Of a stretch of DNA of 64,000 bases, positions 43,836 to 57,211 are shown one piece after another. Numbering within the stretch: the stretch's first letter is position 1; each line of letters begins with the position of its first letter. The notes under the pieces were generated by a model. That model worked only from the letters and a program-made list of their open reading frames with translations, had not been told where the DNA came from and made no database searches. A program made the translations under genes and the position numbers. The stretch lies in assembly GCF_009914755.1 (NCBI RefSeq), contig NC_060939.1. One strand, written 5' to 3'. Origin of the DNA: the human T2T-CHM13v2.0 reference genome, Homo sapiens.

Positions 43836-44175
<340 letters not shown>

Positions 44176-46479
44176 TCACTTCCCAAAGTTGCAGAAGAAT
44201 ATTTCTTGAAAACATATAGAAGTTATCTAGCCCGAGACTTTCATTTTATAGTTGAAGAAACTAGGATGTGGGAAAGGAAGATGATTCCCTTATGTGACCC
44301 AGCAAGGAAATGGCAAAGCAGACAGGTGTCCTGATGGCCCTTCCTGTCCTGCCGGTATAAAATGCGAGTCACTTGTAAAAATGTACCCACATTTCAAACA
44401 CAGGACTAGATGCACAAGAATGTTGGCCTTGGTGACCTGGAGTCTCCCTGCTGATGGACAGCTTGGCCACAGCTGAATGCCTGAAGGTAAATGAATGATT
44501 CATGCCTTTCAGCATCTTACGCTCTGACCCACACCTTTTACTTCTATTAAACTTCAAGGCATAAAAAAGGCTCAAGAATAAAGCACTTTCAAGCCTCTGC
44601 TCAAGCGCTGTCCTTCACGGCAATTGTGTTTCTGAAATCAGAATAGCACTCCTCAATTGCTGGGCCTTCCGCTGAACTTTAAAGACAAAGACAATGAAAA
44701 GTGGATTGCTAATTGCTCTTGTCTTCATTGCTGCTCAACTAGAAATTAAAAGCCTTAACACTGTGGAGCCAAAGATTATAGATTGTGTACAAAGTGGCAC
44801 ACTTGGAGTTTTCTTCTTTTCAAGAGCAGTTAATTTTCTCCTAGGAACTCTCACGGCTCACTGTTCTCTCCAGCATGGAGTAACTGAAAGCAATTGCACA
44901 TTTTAAGCTTTGTAAGTGGTATTTATTTGTAATTTTGCTTAAGAGATGAATCAGTTAAGACTTATACAAAACATCAATATGTCTAAACACAGGGTGTCCA
45001 GGGCAATTGCTGTGAATTGGACTAGTGGTTTAGTTCCAAATTTGCTAGTTTATTTACTTATTTCAGTTCTGAATAAATAGGGTAAGCTAAGTTCATAACG
45101 CTGCTGAGACATTTTTCCCCAGGATGATGGATAAGAAAGCAGATAGAGATACACTATCAATGTCTTAATCAGACATTAAACAGATGAAATATGTTAACCC
45201 TCTGGCTTCCTAACCAAAAATACTGGGATTTTTTTCCCCCAACCAATTGAAATGATGGGACAACTAATTCTGTCACTTGGGAAGGACATATTAAGAAAAA
45301 GGCTCACAATGGAGATAGATGGATGAACAGCAGTAAAGCTGAGGCTGCCACACTTGAGTCTGAAGTCAGTGGTGTAGAAGTTAAATAACTTCAGTTTGAT
45401 CCTCATAGTCACCTTCGAGGTTGGAATAATATGCCCACTTTTCAGGTGAGAAAATTAAGGCACAGAAAGGCTGCCTCCATGACTCCCTCAGCTAAGGGGA
45501 TGAAGAGAGGAGGGGGCCAGGGAAATCTCCAAAGAGCAGTGAGGCTTTTCACTGTTACCATGACTTGGTAAAACATCTGTCACCCTTCACAGAAAATCAG
45601 TTGTTTGAAGGCAGGTGTTGTCCATGATTCCTGTTTAAACATTTGGGGCCAGCCAGGTGCCGGAAGCACACCAGGTTTGGGTCCACAGTCAGGGATGGCA
45701 CTGGAGCTGCCTGCCTTTCCCCACCCCTGCCCTTGTCTCGGGCCTGTATCTGGCAGGAAGTGTTGACGGCTCTGCAGGTCCATGTGTCCAGTACGTTATA
45801 CTCCGAGGCCCTGGGGGGTGCTGCTCTCCTCCATGTTGCACTCATTCAGTTAGTCCAGTTGGCCAGAGCAGGCCCCGTGGCCTTAACACTCCTCACCAGC
45901 CCTCTCCCTCTCCCTCCTCCTGGGCACACAGGCTCACGCACGCTTCCGTGTGCTGTACATTGAGGCCTATAGCAAGATGATCATCAAATCCCAAATACTT
46001 GATTTGGGCTTAGAAAGAGAGAAGGGCCCTTTCACATTGCCCTTGCCCACCTGGTCTTCCCTAGATTCCCAGAGAACTCATCAGCGGTGTTTGGGCCACA
46101 ATCCCAGCTAACAATCATAACTAAAGGGTACTTTGGTTCTCCGTTTACTACTGTCCCTCGTGTGTTTCAACCCCTCAGAAGCAGAGTTTTGTCCATGAGG
46201 CAATCTGGTAACATCATAGCTCTACTGCAAACCACTGCCACTGGCTTCTACGCGATGATTTGTTAAAGAAAACAGAAGTGGCATCTCTGGCATTCATGTG
46301 CACAGCTTTAAAAAGCTCCAGTGGCCACACTGCCAAAGTTGAAGGCTCCAGGTGGGGCAGGCCTTTCGCAAGAGCTGATTGTGCTGTTTGCTGGGTGAGA
46401 GAAAACAGAGTGGGGTGTCACAGGCCCCGGGCCTGGCAGTGGGGCTCTGCAGGGAAGAACCAGTGAAGAGAAGGGTTGC

Positions 46480-46600
46480 AGAGATTGGCTATCTTCCCAA
46501 TCTCTCATTCCTACAGCACCACAGTGATTTTAATTAAATACCCACCCTGACTCAGCAGCAGCTGACAAGGCTATTCGCAGAGCCAGGAGCCTGATAAATA
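46480..46600. promoter_or_regulatory. Candidate enhancer/promoter: CCAAT, GATA, CACCC, NF-E2/ARE and E-box cluster
   Basis: ATTGG 46484-46488, CTATCT 46489-46494, CCCACCC 46541-46547, TGACTCAGCA 46548-46557, CAGCTG 46559-46564 and TGATAA 46592-46597, in non-repeat DNA. Motif evidence only. Confidence 0.45.
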
Positions 46601-47459
46601 GAGTGTTACTGGAGGTAGTCAAACTTCAAGGCCGCTGCTGGAGCCCGCCAGCCCTACTCTTCTTGCCTGCCAGCACGCAGTGCCAATGACAGCCCCGTCT
46701 TCCTCTCCTTCAGTGGGACTCCCCAGGGGCTGCTTGGAGGCAGGCAAGCTGTGCCTTCTCAAAACCTTGTGGAAGAGACATTTTCTAGACTCCATTGGTC
46801 TTGGCTGCAAGACCAAGTTTCCTTTAGTGAACCCTTAATGGGAAAGCTGCTTAATTACCCTGTAAAGGTTGCTTCTGGTTTTTGCATAGCTGTGGCTGGA
46901 AGCTGAATTCTGAGAGCTCTCTGCAGCCTCTGGAGGAAGACAGAAGAGAACAACTCTCAAAGAGAGGAATCCTGGGTTCACACACCGCAGTGCAGAGCCG
47001 TGGAAAGCCTTAGGCTTTGTGCCAGACCCACATGGGTTCTGACAGGGACTTTTCTGTCCCTTACCAGGGTTCCTAGGCTACTTACTCAACTTCTCCACCC
47101 TCAGTCTTCTAATACGCAAAATAGGATTAATAATAATATCTGTTTTATAGGATGTTAGGAGTACTCACTGAGACATAAATGGCACAATCTAACCCTTCAA
47201 TAAGTGGTGACTATCATTTCAATGCATATTATCCAGGTAGATGATGAATAAAACCAGAGCCTATGGCAGAGCTGCCAAGACAAAGCAGATATTTATAAGT
47301 ACTTGCAATATTTCAGACATCGAGCTACATGGTTTGCACATCATTCTAGGCAACAGGGGAAAATAGTTTTTCTGTTCCCTCTCTCCAAGGAGAGGATTCA
47401 AGGTCTCAGTGAGGCTGCCTCAGGCTCTTCTGCTTCAACATGTAATGCAACTCTCTCGT

Positions 47460-47858
47460 AGTGTTTGCCGGATTCAATTATTATTCAACACATTTCTACC
47501 CCTTTCCTTCTCTACCTTTAGATGAGGAAATTATCTCCTTGCCCCTTAATGTTGAGCTTGGCCCTGTTGTTTTTTTGCCAATAGCATGTGAGCAGAAGTG
47601 ACAGTGTCTGAGTCCTGAGTTTAGGCCTGAAGGCGCATGGTGAGTTTCTGATCACCATTCTGGAAGTTTCCGACATCTGCCGGAGTCACTGCCTCTCTAA
47701 CCTGGGCCCCTAAATGGGACACATGGAGAAGATTCGCAGCCTGAAATAGATCTGCTATAACCAGCCTGCAAACCTGTGAGCAAAAATAAATGCCTAGTGC
47801 TATATGCCAAATGATTTCTGTAGCTATTTGTTATGCAGCAATAGCTGACTAATTCAGT
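47460..47858 (+). mobile_element. MLT1-type LTR
   Basis: GCCAATAGCATGTGAGCAGAAGTGACAGTGT...AAACCTGTGAGCAAAAATAAATGC...TTTGTTATGCAGCAATAGCTGACTAATTCA. Confidence 0.75.
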
Positions 47859-48312
47859 CTCCTGGGGAACTGAGCAGAAAACAAGACAAAGATATGTCTA
47901 TTCTGGGGTCTCTAATATATCTGGGGATTCTGCTGTTCCCCTGAACCCAAAATTCTACCAAGAAGAAAAATAACCACTATCTTTTTAGGAATAACTGACT
48001 CCCTTCTCTTTTTGCCCACATTAGGCTTAACAAAAGAGAAAATGGTTTAGCAACTATTCTTCTCCAGCTTTCCCATCTTACACCTGAACTTCTACATTTT
48101 ATGATCTTTGACTCAACTTGGACAATTTCCCAATGAGGCAAAGGTGGCCATTACTAGCAGCCACAGAGAGAAGGGATTAGTACTTCAAACTATTACATAG
48201 CTGTGGAAAGGTTCAATGAATTGGGAAGGATAGAATAAGCGCTAAATAAATCCATGATTTCTTTTATTTATTTATTTATGAATGCAACAAATACTTATTG
48301 AGAACCTACTCT

Positions 48313-48790
<478 letters not shown>

Positions 48791-49211
48791 CTACTACAAT
48801 CCAGGTACTGTATTAGATACCGAAGACAGAGTAGTTAAGAATGGTGGGAAAGGTCTCAGCCCTCAAAATGCTTGAAATATCTTAGATAAGATATGCAATG
48901 CATACAAGATTTATGTATGTATAGGCAAGTATATAAAACATGAACGTAGACATGGATACAAATTACATTAAATCCTTTAATATGGGAAGCTGGGTGCTAT
49001 GGGCTGCATAGGAGGAGAAGGTATTAGCACATGGACTGCCCCGCCTCAGCCCACACCTGTGTCTTCACAGATTGCTCCATATTCCGAGTGACGAAGGAGG
49101 AAAAAAATTCAAACCTGTTTTTTGGATGGCTCTACATGACGTTTTGGCAATTGCCAAAATTAGCTGATGCAATGTTAGCGCTTACTCAGGGTGGCCTTGA
49201 AAGAAAATATA

Positions 49212-49594
49212 TGTATTAGTCTGTTTTCATACTCCTATAAAGACCTGCTCAACACTGGGTAATTTCTAAAGGAAAGAGGTTTAATTGACTCACAGTTCAG
49301 CATGGTTGGGGAGGCCTCGGGAAACTTAAAATCATGGCTGAGGGTGAAGACGAAGCAAGTACCTCCTTCACAAGGTGGTAGGAAGGAGAACAGCCAGCAA
49401 GGGAAATGCCAGATGCTTATAAAACCATCGGATCTCTTAAAAACTCACTATCATGAGAACAGCATGGGGGACACCACCCCCATGATATAATTACCTTCAC
49501 CTGGTCTCTCCCTTGACACCTGGGGATTGTGAGGATTATAGGGATTACAACTCAAGATGAGATTTGGGTGGAAACACAAAGCCTAAGCGTATCA
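49212..49594 (-). mobile_element. THE1D-like MaLR solo LTR
   Basis: TGTATTAGTCTGTTTTCA...GGTTTAATTGACTCACAGTTC...GATGAGATTTGGGTGG...TATCA, with 5-bp flanks ATATA/ACATA. Confidence 0.9.
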
Positions 49595-50002
49595 ACATAG
49601 AAGGCAAATTGGCTCAGCAAATAAATATAGCCACCCATCTACTTGGCCATTTTATTTAGGAGAGAGACTGTGATTAACGGACAATGGCTATAGTTTGGTC
49701 AGATTGTCAGAGACTCAGAAGAGGCAGTGCTGCAGCATTGCTGACAAGGACTTTTGGAGAAGTGTGTGTGGCTTTTGAAATGACCCTAGGATATAAAAAT
49801 ATCTGTATCTTATATGTGGGCCCAACAAAGCACTTCCACCACAGAGTGATTTCTTAATAATCAGGAGGGAAAACTGACCCAGTCTGGGAATATCTGTCAG
49901 TTTCCTTCCCTGGGCCTCCCAGGGCCAGCCCAGAGGGTGGGTGGATGGTGGCCGGAATGAAAACCATACAAATGCCCAACAACCTGGATTTAGGTTTGCC
50001 AA

Positions 50003-50318
50003 ATTTTTTTGTTTGTTTGTTTGTTTGTCTGTCAGACAAGGTCTTGCTCTGTCTCCCAGGCTGGAGTGCAGTGGCATGATCTCGGATCACTGTAGCCTTG
50101 ACCTCCCAGGCTCAGGTGATCCTCCCACCTCAGCTACCCTTCCAAAGTAGCTGAACTATAGGAACATGCCACCATGCCTGGCTAATTTTTCCATTTTTTG
50201 TAGAGATGGGGTTTCACCATGTTGCCCAGGCTGATCTCAAACTCCTGGACTCAGGTGATCTGCCTGCCTTGGCCTCCGAAAATGTGGAGATTACAGGCAT
50301 GAGCCTCCATACCCAGCC
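50003..50318 (-). mobile_element. AluJ with a (TTTG)n tail
   Basis: GGCTCAGGTGATCCTCCCACCTCAG, with flanking GTTTGCCAAAT repeats. Confidence 0.92.
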
Positions 50319-50339
50319 TCTCTGTTTGCCAAATCTTAT

Positions 50340-50571
50340 CTGTCTACTCCATTGCTGAGTAGCCGACTTTCTGACAGCAGCAACTAACTACAAGTCATTA
50401 GCATAGTATCTTGGAGAGCTACCTAGGTACTTAGTAGCTGGTTGATTTCCTCTGCCCTCTTCCACTGTAGAGAGATATCAGTGAAAGAGATACATTCTGA
50501 ATTTGAATCTGCTCTCCTTGCCAGTCACATTTCTGCTAGTTACCTGTATATGTCATATTATATATTATAGA

Positions 50572-50619
<48 letters not shown>

Positions 50620-51350
50620 TGAAAAACTCGACCTTTAGCCCAAGTGAACAATACCTTTTTTGGAAAGGAGGCAGACTTGCAGAATAAAGGATATGCTCAG
50701 AACCAGTTTCCAGTATATCATTTAGCAAATCTCATAGTCACATTACAATGATCCGTGACAAGGGCTGGAATTGGGATGCATATCACATAATTAGATCTAA
50801 TGATTCCCTAGCAAAATTATTTTCTCCTGAATTTATAGACTCTGTTAGGCTAAAAGTTTTAGTACTCAGTTACAGAAGGCTTCCACCCATGAATAAAATG
50901 ATTTCATGGAATTGGATGCTAAGAATGCCATGTGGCCATTTTGAACTCCTCATGCTATTCAATCAACCAGCAAAGAAAGGGTACTACATGGTTGGCTGGG
51001 GCATTTAATCCTGCCAAGGAGACACGGTGTTGTATTAAGCGGTGGGTGTGAAGAATTATGAATGAAGCACAGGTGTTCCCCTGGACACTTCTTAGCTCAA
51101 CCATGCTAAACATGAGATGCTAATGGGCAGGGCCATCAAGGGCTCATCTCTTCAGGAAGGAAGGCTTGAATGACCTCACTAGGCAAGCATCCCAGATCAC
51201 CCTGTGTGCTGCTGAAGGCCTAGGGAACAGAGACAGTATAGGGGACTGGATCTATATGATTCATTATAGCCTTTAGACCAGTTGCAGTACAAGGGTTATG
51301 GCCTCCCTGATATTTATTTTTATATAGGTTGTATTGTTTCAAAAGTTTCA
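50340..51350 (+). mobile_element. ERV-L internal relic (integrase 3' part and dUTPase region)
   Basis: ORF 50748..51008 contains MISWNWMLRMPCGHFELLMLFNQPAKKG, resembling HERV-L/MuERV-L dUTPase as I recall it (IPLNWKLRLPPGHFGLLxPLxQQAKKG). Confidence 0.75.
50575..50616. repeat. Perfect (TG)21 microsatellite
   Basis: Uninterrupted TG dinucleotide run. Confidence 0.98.
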
Positions 51351-52493
51351 AAATATTGAGACAGAATCAAGAGAAAACCAAGGCAGAAATAGATGTTATC
51401 CATAAAACCTGGACCCAGAACTAGGTGCATTTGCTGAGGTTTGATTGGGGTTCAGGTGGAGTGGGGTATACATGAGTTTTCAGCATACAAGGTTGTGCTG
51501 CAGTAGCTAGGTGAGAACTTTATTTTGAAAGATGATTATAAGAAGAGGTGAGGATGAGGATGCGGGCTTGCCAAGCAGGTGTAGTATATGGACCTCGGTC
51601 AATTTTGGCTTCCCAGAATCCAATACCTTCCTCATATAGAGTCATCCCAGAAGTGAGGGACACATTCCCACTCACAATGGAGAAGCTGAAATGGGGGAGA
51701 TATTTCTCTTCCCAGATCGCTAGAGGTAGAAGGAGTGCACACGTGAACTGTGTTCAGCCAGTCATCAACTATCACCCAAGGTTCTCAATCTTGAGAGGGC
51801 GTGACCAAGAAGGAACAGTTAGTGGCCATTGGCAGTAGGTGTAATGGTACAGCTGAATGCACACTGGTGTGGTCACGGGCACTGAGGCCCGGCAGCACTA
51901 GCTGCAGGCAGTGTTCTGTGGTTTGGGTTCCAGAATGCGTGATCAGGCCATGTTCTCTTTCAGCAGTTCAGACCGTCTTGGCCCCTGGCTGTGTTCTGAC
52001 TCAGCGTTCTGGATTTCCCTGTCATTCTGCACACTAGTGAGGACCCTTGCAGTGAATCCTACATCTAATTTAGTAGGCCACACTTGATGTCTGTTGTTCA
52101 CGATTAATGTTCCTACCTTCAACAAGTGGTTTTACACAATAAGAAGGTCGGGCACAGCCCTGGAGTGGGTGGGGAAGTGTGGGGAAGATATATTATCATT
52201 GGAGAGCAGATGATCAAGGACAGGTCCAGAGTGTTGGATGTGTTATGTGCAAAAAGCTGATGTCATACGTGATGATGGCAGAATATGGCAGAAGAGAAAT
52301 ATGGTAAACCAGATGCCAAATTCTTCAGAAAAGGAGGGGAAGCAATCCACTGGCCACACTGAAATGAATGAAGAGGGACTGTAGAGTAGTTTAGCCAAAT
52401 CGATCATGTTATCAGAGAAGCAGAGATGTTTTACATGAGGTAGACAAAACAGGATATACAGCAGGCGCCTGAGAGCAAAGAAAAATCAGACCT

Positions 52494-52932
<439 letters not shown>

Positions 52933-53249
52933 CTAGGTGCTAGGTTTTAGTTAAGGCAAAGAGGCAGAGCAATGTTTAGAAGGAGGTGAAAGTGTAGGAG
53001 AGTTTGTCTACCATGTGACAGATGTTCCATGGAGCATGATGAAGTCTTGCAGGGGAGAGCACAGGGCTGTCCCATCTAGGAGGCAGCACATCCTAGAATG
53101 GAGATTGTTGATGTCAGAGAGGACAGGTGACCATCCAGGGCAGATGTGAGGCACACCGTGTTTACATAGCATGAAGGTGTCCAAAGGTTAATCCAATATT
53201 CACATGTGCCTACACAAGATGCGCTACAGGGGTTCCTAAGTAGACTCCT

Positions 53250-53430
53250 GAGATAGTGACAGGCTTTGAGCTGCAAAGACCTGGCTCCTAGTCCTGAGTC
53301 TGTCACTTAGTAGCTGTATGATTTTAAGCCTTTCATTTTTGTTTACCCATCTATATAATGGGACTAACAAGGCCCATAATGCTTGGTGGTTGTGAGTGTC
53401 AGAAAGATGATACATAAAAGTACTTGAGGA
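53250..53430 (+). mobile_element. MIR
   Basis: AGACCTGGCTCCTAGTCCTGAGTCTGTCACTTAGTAGCTGT...CATCTATATAATGGG. Confidence 0.75.
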
Positions 53431-53431
53431 A

Positions 53432-53538
53432 AAAGTTTCATTTGACAATAATTTTAAATGTACAAGTTGCAAGAATAAAAATGGTACAAAGAATACACAT
53501 ATACCTTTTGCCCAGATTCACCTATTGTTAATATAATA

Positions 53539-53578
<40 letters not shown>

Positions 53579-54180
53579 TGTTATTTTATATATACTGCTA
53601 TTCTAACAGTATATATTATATATAGTTATATATATGCTGCTATTACACTGTTATACATATGGCAGGTTATAATATATATAACAGTGTATATGTATATGTT
53701 ATATATACTGTTATTATAACCTACTGTTAGAACATTTTACCACATTTGCTTCATCATTTATCAGTTACATCCTCTCCATATTTATATATCTTTAAAATAT
53801 TTAAAATATGTATGTGCATATAAAATGTCTGTGTATATCTGCATAAAATATTTTTGAACCACTTGAGGGTAAGTTTCATATATCATGGTCCTTAATACCT
53901 GAACACCTCAGTCTGTATTTCCTAAGAATAAGATAATCTCCTACACAACTGCAGTGTAGTCATCAACTTCAGAAACTTAACAGGATATGATAGTTTAGTC
54001 TACCATTCATATTCCAATTTTGTCACTTGACCCACTTCTGACCTCCTGGCATCTCCCCTGCTGTACAGATTCCGCCTAGGGCTGGGCTGTGCACTTAGTT
54101 GCAAGTCCCTCACCTCCTTTCTTCCTTTAATCGGAAACATTTCTACAGCCTTTCTTTGTCTGATAAACATGTCTTTAAAA
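53432..54180 (-). mobile_element. L1MC4/5-like 3' end containing an AT-rich insertion
   Basis: AAGTTGCAAGAA...TACCTTTTGCCCAGATTCACCTATTGTTAA|...|CATTTTACCACATTTGCT and GTATTTCCTAAGAATAAG. Confidence 0.8.
53538..53579. repeat. AGTG(TA)17CACT perfect 42-bp palindrome
   Basis: Read directly from the sequence. Confidence 0.95.
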
Positions 54181-55398
54181 AGTTACACTACAGCAACACA
54201 AGTTTAAGGCTAAAAACTAAAAAACATAGAAAACCAGCAAGGAAAAAAATCACCGATAAGCTCAGACCTCAGGTCAGGGAAGTCAACATGGTCCCACTTT
54301 CCTGCTCTCCTGGGGAGCACCCGAAACGTCAATCCCACTTGTCTTTTGTTTTATTTTCTACTCTGTGCTTTTCCCCCAAAGACAACTTTACACTGCTCCT
54401 TTCCACAATGATGTGTGTGTGTGTGTGAAAATCTGTGAATGTGCTTCTGCAACCACAAAGTCCTATACAAGTTTAAAGTACTCTTAGCTACACAATACAG
54501 CTAGAAAATGGGACTGTGTGAAATATACATTTCCTGCTGCCATGTTGCTCATTTCTCTGACTGCCTCTCTTCTTACTCCTTCCTCTTTATTCTCTCAGAT
54601 CAGAGACTATTTTCTCTGTGTCCCCAGAGCACTGTAACTGTGCCTTATTGAATCACACTGCTATTATCTGTTTATAGGTCTGAATCTCTCACCAGATTGA
54701 GATGCTATCGATGCTGGGACTATGTCATATATCTCTTTTTATCCTTGGTTCCAAGTAAGTCCTTGCTACATAGTAGTCAATTAATAAGGAGATATGGGAG
54801 GAATTAATTTGCATCTATTTAAGCACGTTTCTGGGGGATGCAATGTTATATCAGAAATGACTCAGTGTTGGTCTGCAGGTGAACTATTGAGTCTCAGCAT
54901 CTGTATAACTTGAAAGAACATTGGCTGATGGACGACGTCACACTTGTTCAATTATCTACAAATTATTAAATCCACTTAGGACCATGGTCGACACAATGGT
55001 ATCTAAGTAAAAACAGAGTAATTAATGGAACAAAATCACATGTAGGAAGAAAATTCAGTCTTGTTTAAATTAAAACAGATGAAAAAAACCGGTGGAAATT
55101 GGAGCACCAGATGGTATCAATAAATTACACTAATTTTCTTTTCACGTATTCAATTATAGTTTAAATAAAAACTAATATGGCTAATTTATCTCATGGAGTT
55201 TGTATACACCATCTGATTTTACATTCCCACAATGTCCAACTTACCCACCGATCTCACGCTGCACGATGTTTAGCCAAGCAGGGCGTGATCTGCAGGGCAT
55301 TCTGGGGTGGGGTTCATGAGGGTGCTGGCTCCTATGGGCACCAGGAGCGAGGTATCACAGGGCTGGAAGTCAGTACTGAGTTCTGCTTCCCCAAGAGT

Positions 55399-55520
55399 GT
55401 GGTTGCCAGATACAGTGCAGGATGCCCAGCTGAATTTAAATTTCAGGTGAACAAAGAATAATTTTCTAGTACAAATATGTCCCAAATATTGCATGAGACT
55501 CATACTAAAAAACTATCCAC
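55399..55520. mobile_element. MER53, partial copy
   Basis: GGTTGCCAGATACAGTGCAGGATGCCCAG...TATGTCCCAAATATTGCATG...ATACTAAAAAA. Confidence 0.85.
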
Positions 55521-56192
55521 ACAGTTTACCTATTACTTTCCCGTGCATTTCTTTACTCTTTGCAACAGATCCACGAACCAGGGCCTCAGATTCAGTGGGA
55601 ATGAAGTGGAGGCCCAGAAAGAATCATGTCCAGGTGAAGCTCTACCATTCCCAGCAGTATTTGAGGACTGGTCGGTGTTCAGCAGCAGCCCCAGCCAGGA
55701 CCTCCCAGGGGACCCAAGACGGGATAGGATGGAGAAGTGGAACCAGGCCCTCTGACCCTATCCCAGCACTGGAAACTGGCGAGAGCAGGCTATCCTTCCA
55801 GGCCAGGCCTAGGGACAGATTAACATCAAGAATGGGCAGAAACCTCTGTTCCCCGCAGCCCTGAGACACTATGCAAAATAAATCTTTGCTCCTGCTTTGT
55901 GGTGTCAGAAACTACTTTAAAATGGAAGGAGGGAAGGCATATGTGAAAAAATTCAAATTCTTAAGAGACAGCTAGCTTCAAAATCCAAATGAAAATAGAA
56001 TAATTTTCAAAGACAAAACTTGGTACAAGTTTAAGTGACCTAAATCAGATGCCATCCTGGTGTGGTGCGCGTGGTGGTGATGGAATCAGAAGCAGAAGAT
56101 ACGGGATTACTCACAATGGGGCAAGATGCTATTGAAAGCCAGGAAAGAGCACAGACCACAAAGACATCTCCCCTTATGAAATGCAACATTTT

Positions 56193-57211
56193 TTTCCTTC
56201 TAAGTAAACTTTCTTTTTCTTTTTATTTACTTATTTTTTTGAGGCGGAGTCTCGCTGTGTCGCCTAGGCTGGACTGCAATGGCGCCATCTTGGCTCACTG
56301 CAACCTCTGCCTCCCAGGTTAAAGCACTTCTCCTGCCTCAGCCTCCCAAGTAGCTGGGAGTACAGGTGTGCGCCACCACACCTGGATAATTTTTGTATTT
56401 TTAGTGGAGACGGGGTTTCACCATATTGGCCAAGCTGGTGTCGAACTGCTGACCTCAGATGATCCACCTGCCTCGGCCTCCCAAAGTGCTGGGATTACAG
56501 GCATGAGCCAACACACCCGCCCTACTTTAAGTTCAGGGGTACATGTGCAGGTTTGTTATAGAGGTAAACCCATGCATGTCATGGGGGTGGTTGTACAGAT
56601 TGTCACCCAGGTAGTAAGCCTAGTACCCATTAGTTTGTTTGTTTCTTTATCCTCTCCCTCCTCCTACCCTCCACCCTCCGATAGGCCCCAGTATATGGTT
56701 ATCCCCTTTTATATGTCTATGTCTTCTCATCATTTAGCTCCCAATTTTAAGTGAAAACATGTGGTACTGGGTTTTCTGTTCCTGCATTAGTTTGTTAAGG
56801 ATAACGGCCTCCAGCTCTATCCATGTTGCCACAAAGGACGTGATCTTGTTCTTTTTTATGACTGCATAGTATTCCATCATGTGTATGTACCACATTTTCT
56901 TTATCCAGTCTACCACTGATAGGCATTTAGGTTGATTCCATCTCTTTGGTATTGTGAATAATGCTGCACTGGACATACACGTGCATGTGTCTTTATGAGA
57001 GAACAATTTCTATTCCTCTGGGTATAGAGGTGATGGGATTGCTGGGTCCAGTGGTTGTTCTATTTTTAGGTCTTTGAGGAATCACCACACTGTTTTCCAC
57101 AAAGGTTGAACTAATTTACCATTAGGTTGAACCAGCACCTGTTATGTTTCGACTTCTTAATAATGGTCATTCTGACTGATGTGAGATGGTATCTCATTGT
57201 GGTTTTGATTA
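56193..57211 (-). mobile_element. L1PA13-like 3' fragment with an Alu inserted at its extreme 3' end
   Basis: L1 body 56523-57210 (ORF 56734..57006 is ORF2p C-terminal-like). The outer TSD AAATGCA(A/G)CATTTT at 56179-56192 and 57212-57225 encloses both the Alu and the L1. Confidence 0.9.
56211..56521 (-). mobile_element. Alu (AluSx-like)
   Basis: Reverse dimer with GACCTCAGATGATCCACC and a T-rich tail. Confidence 0.94.

Noticed and set aside
46512-46527. REST/NRSE site (also at 9022 and 13241)
   Set aside because: Only the left half CAGCACC is present; the GGACAG half is missing.
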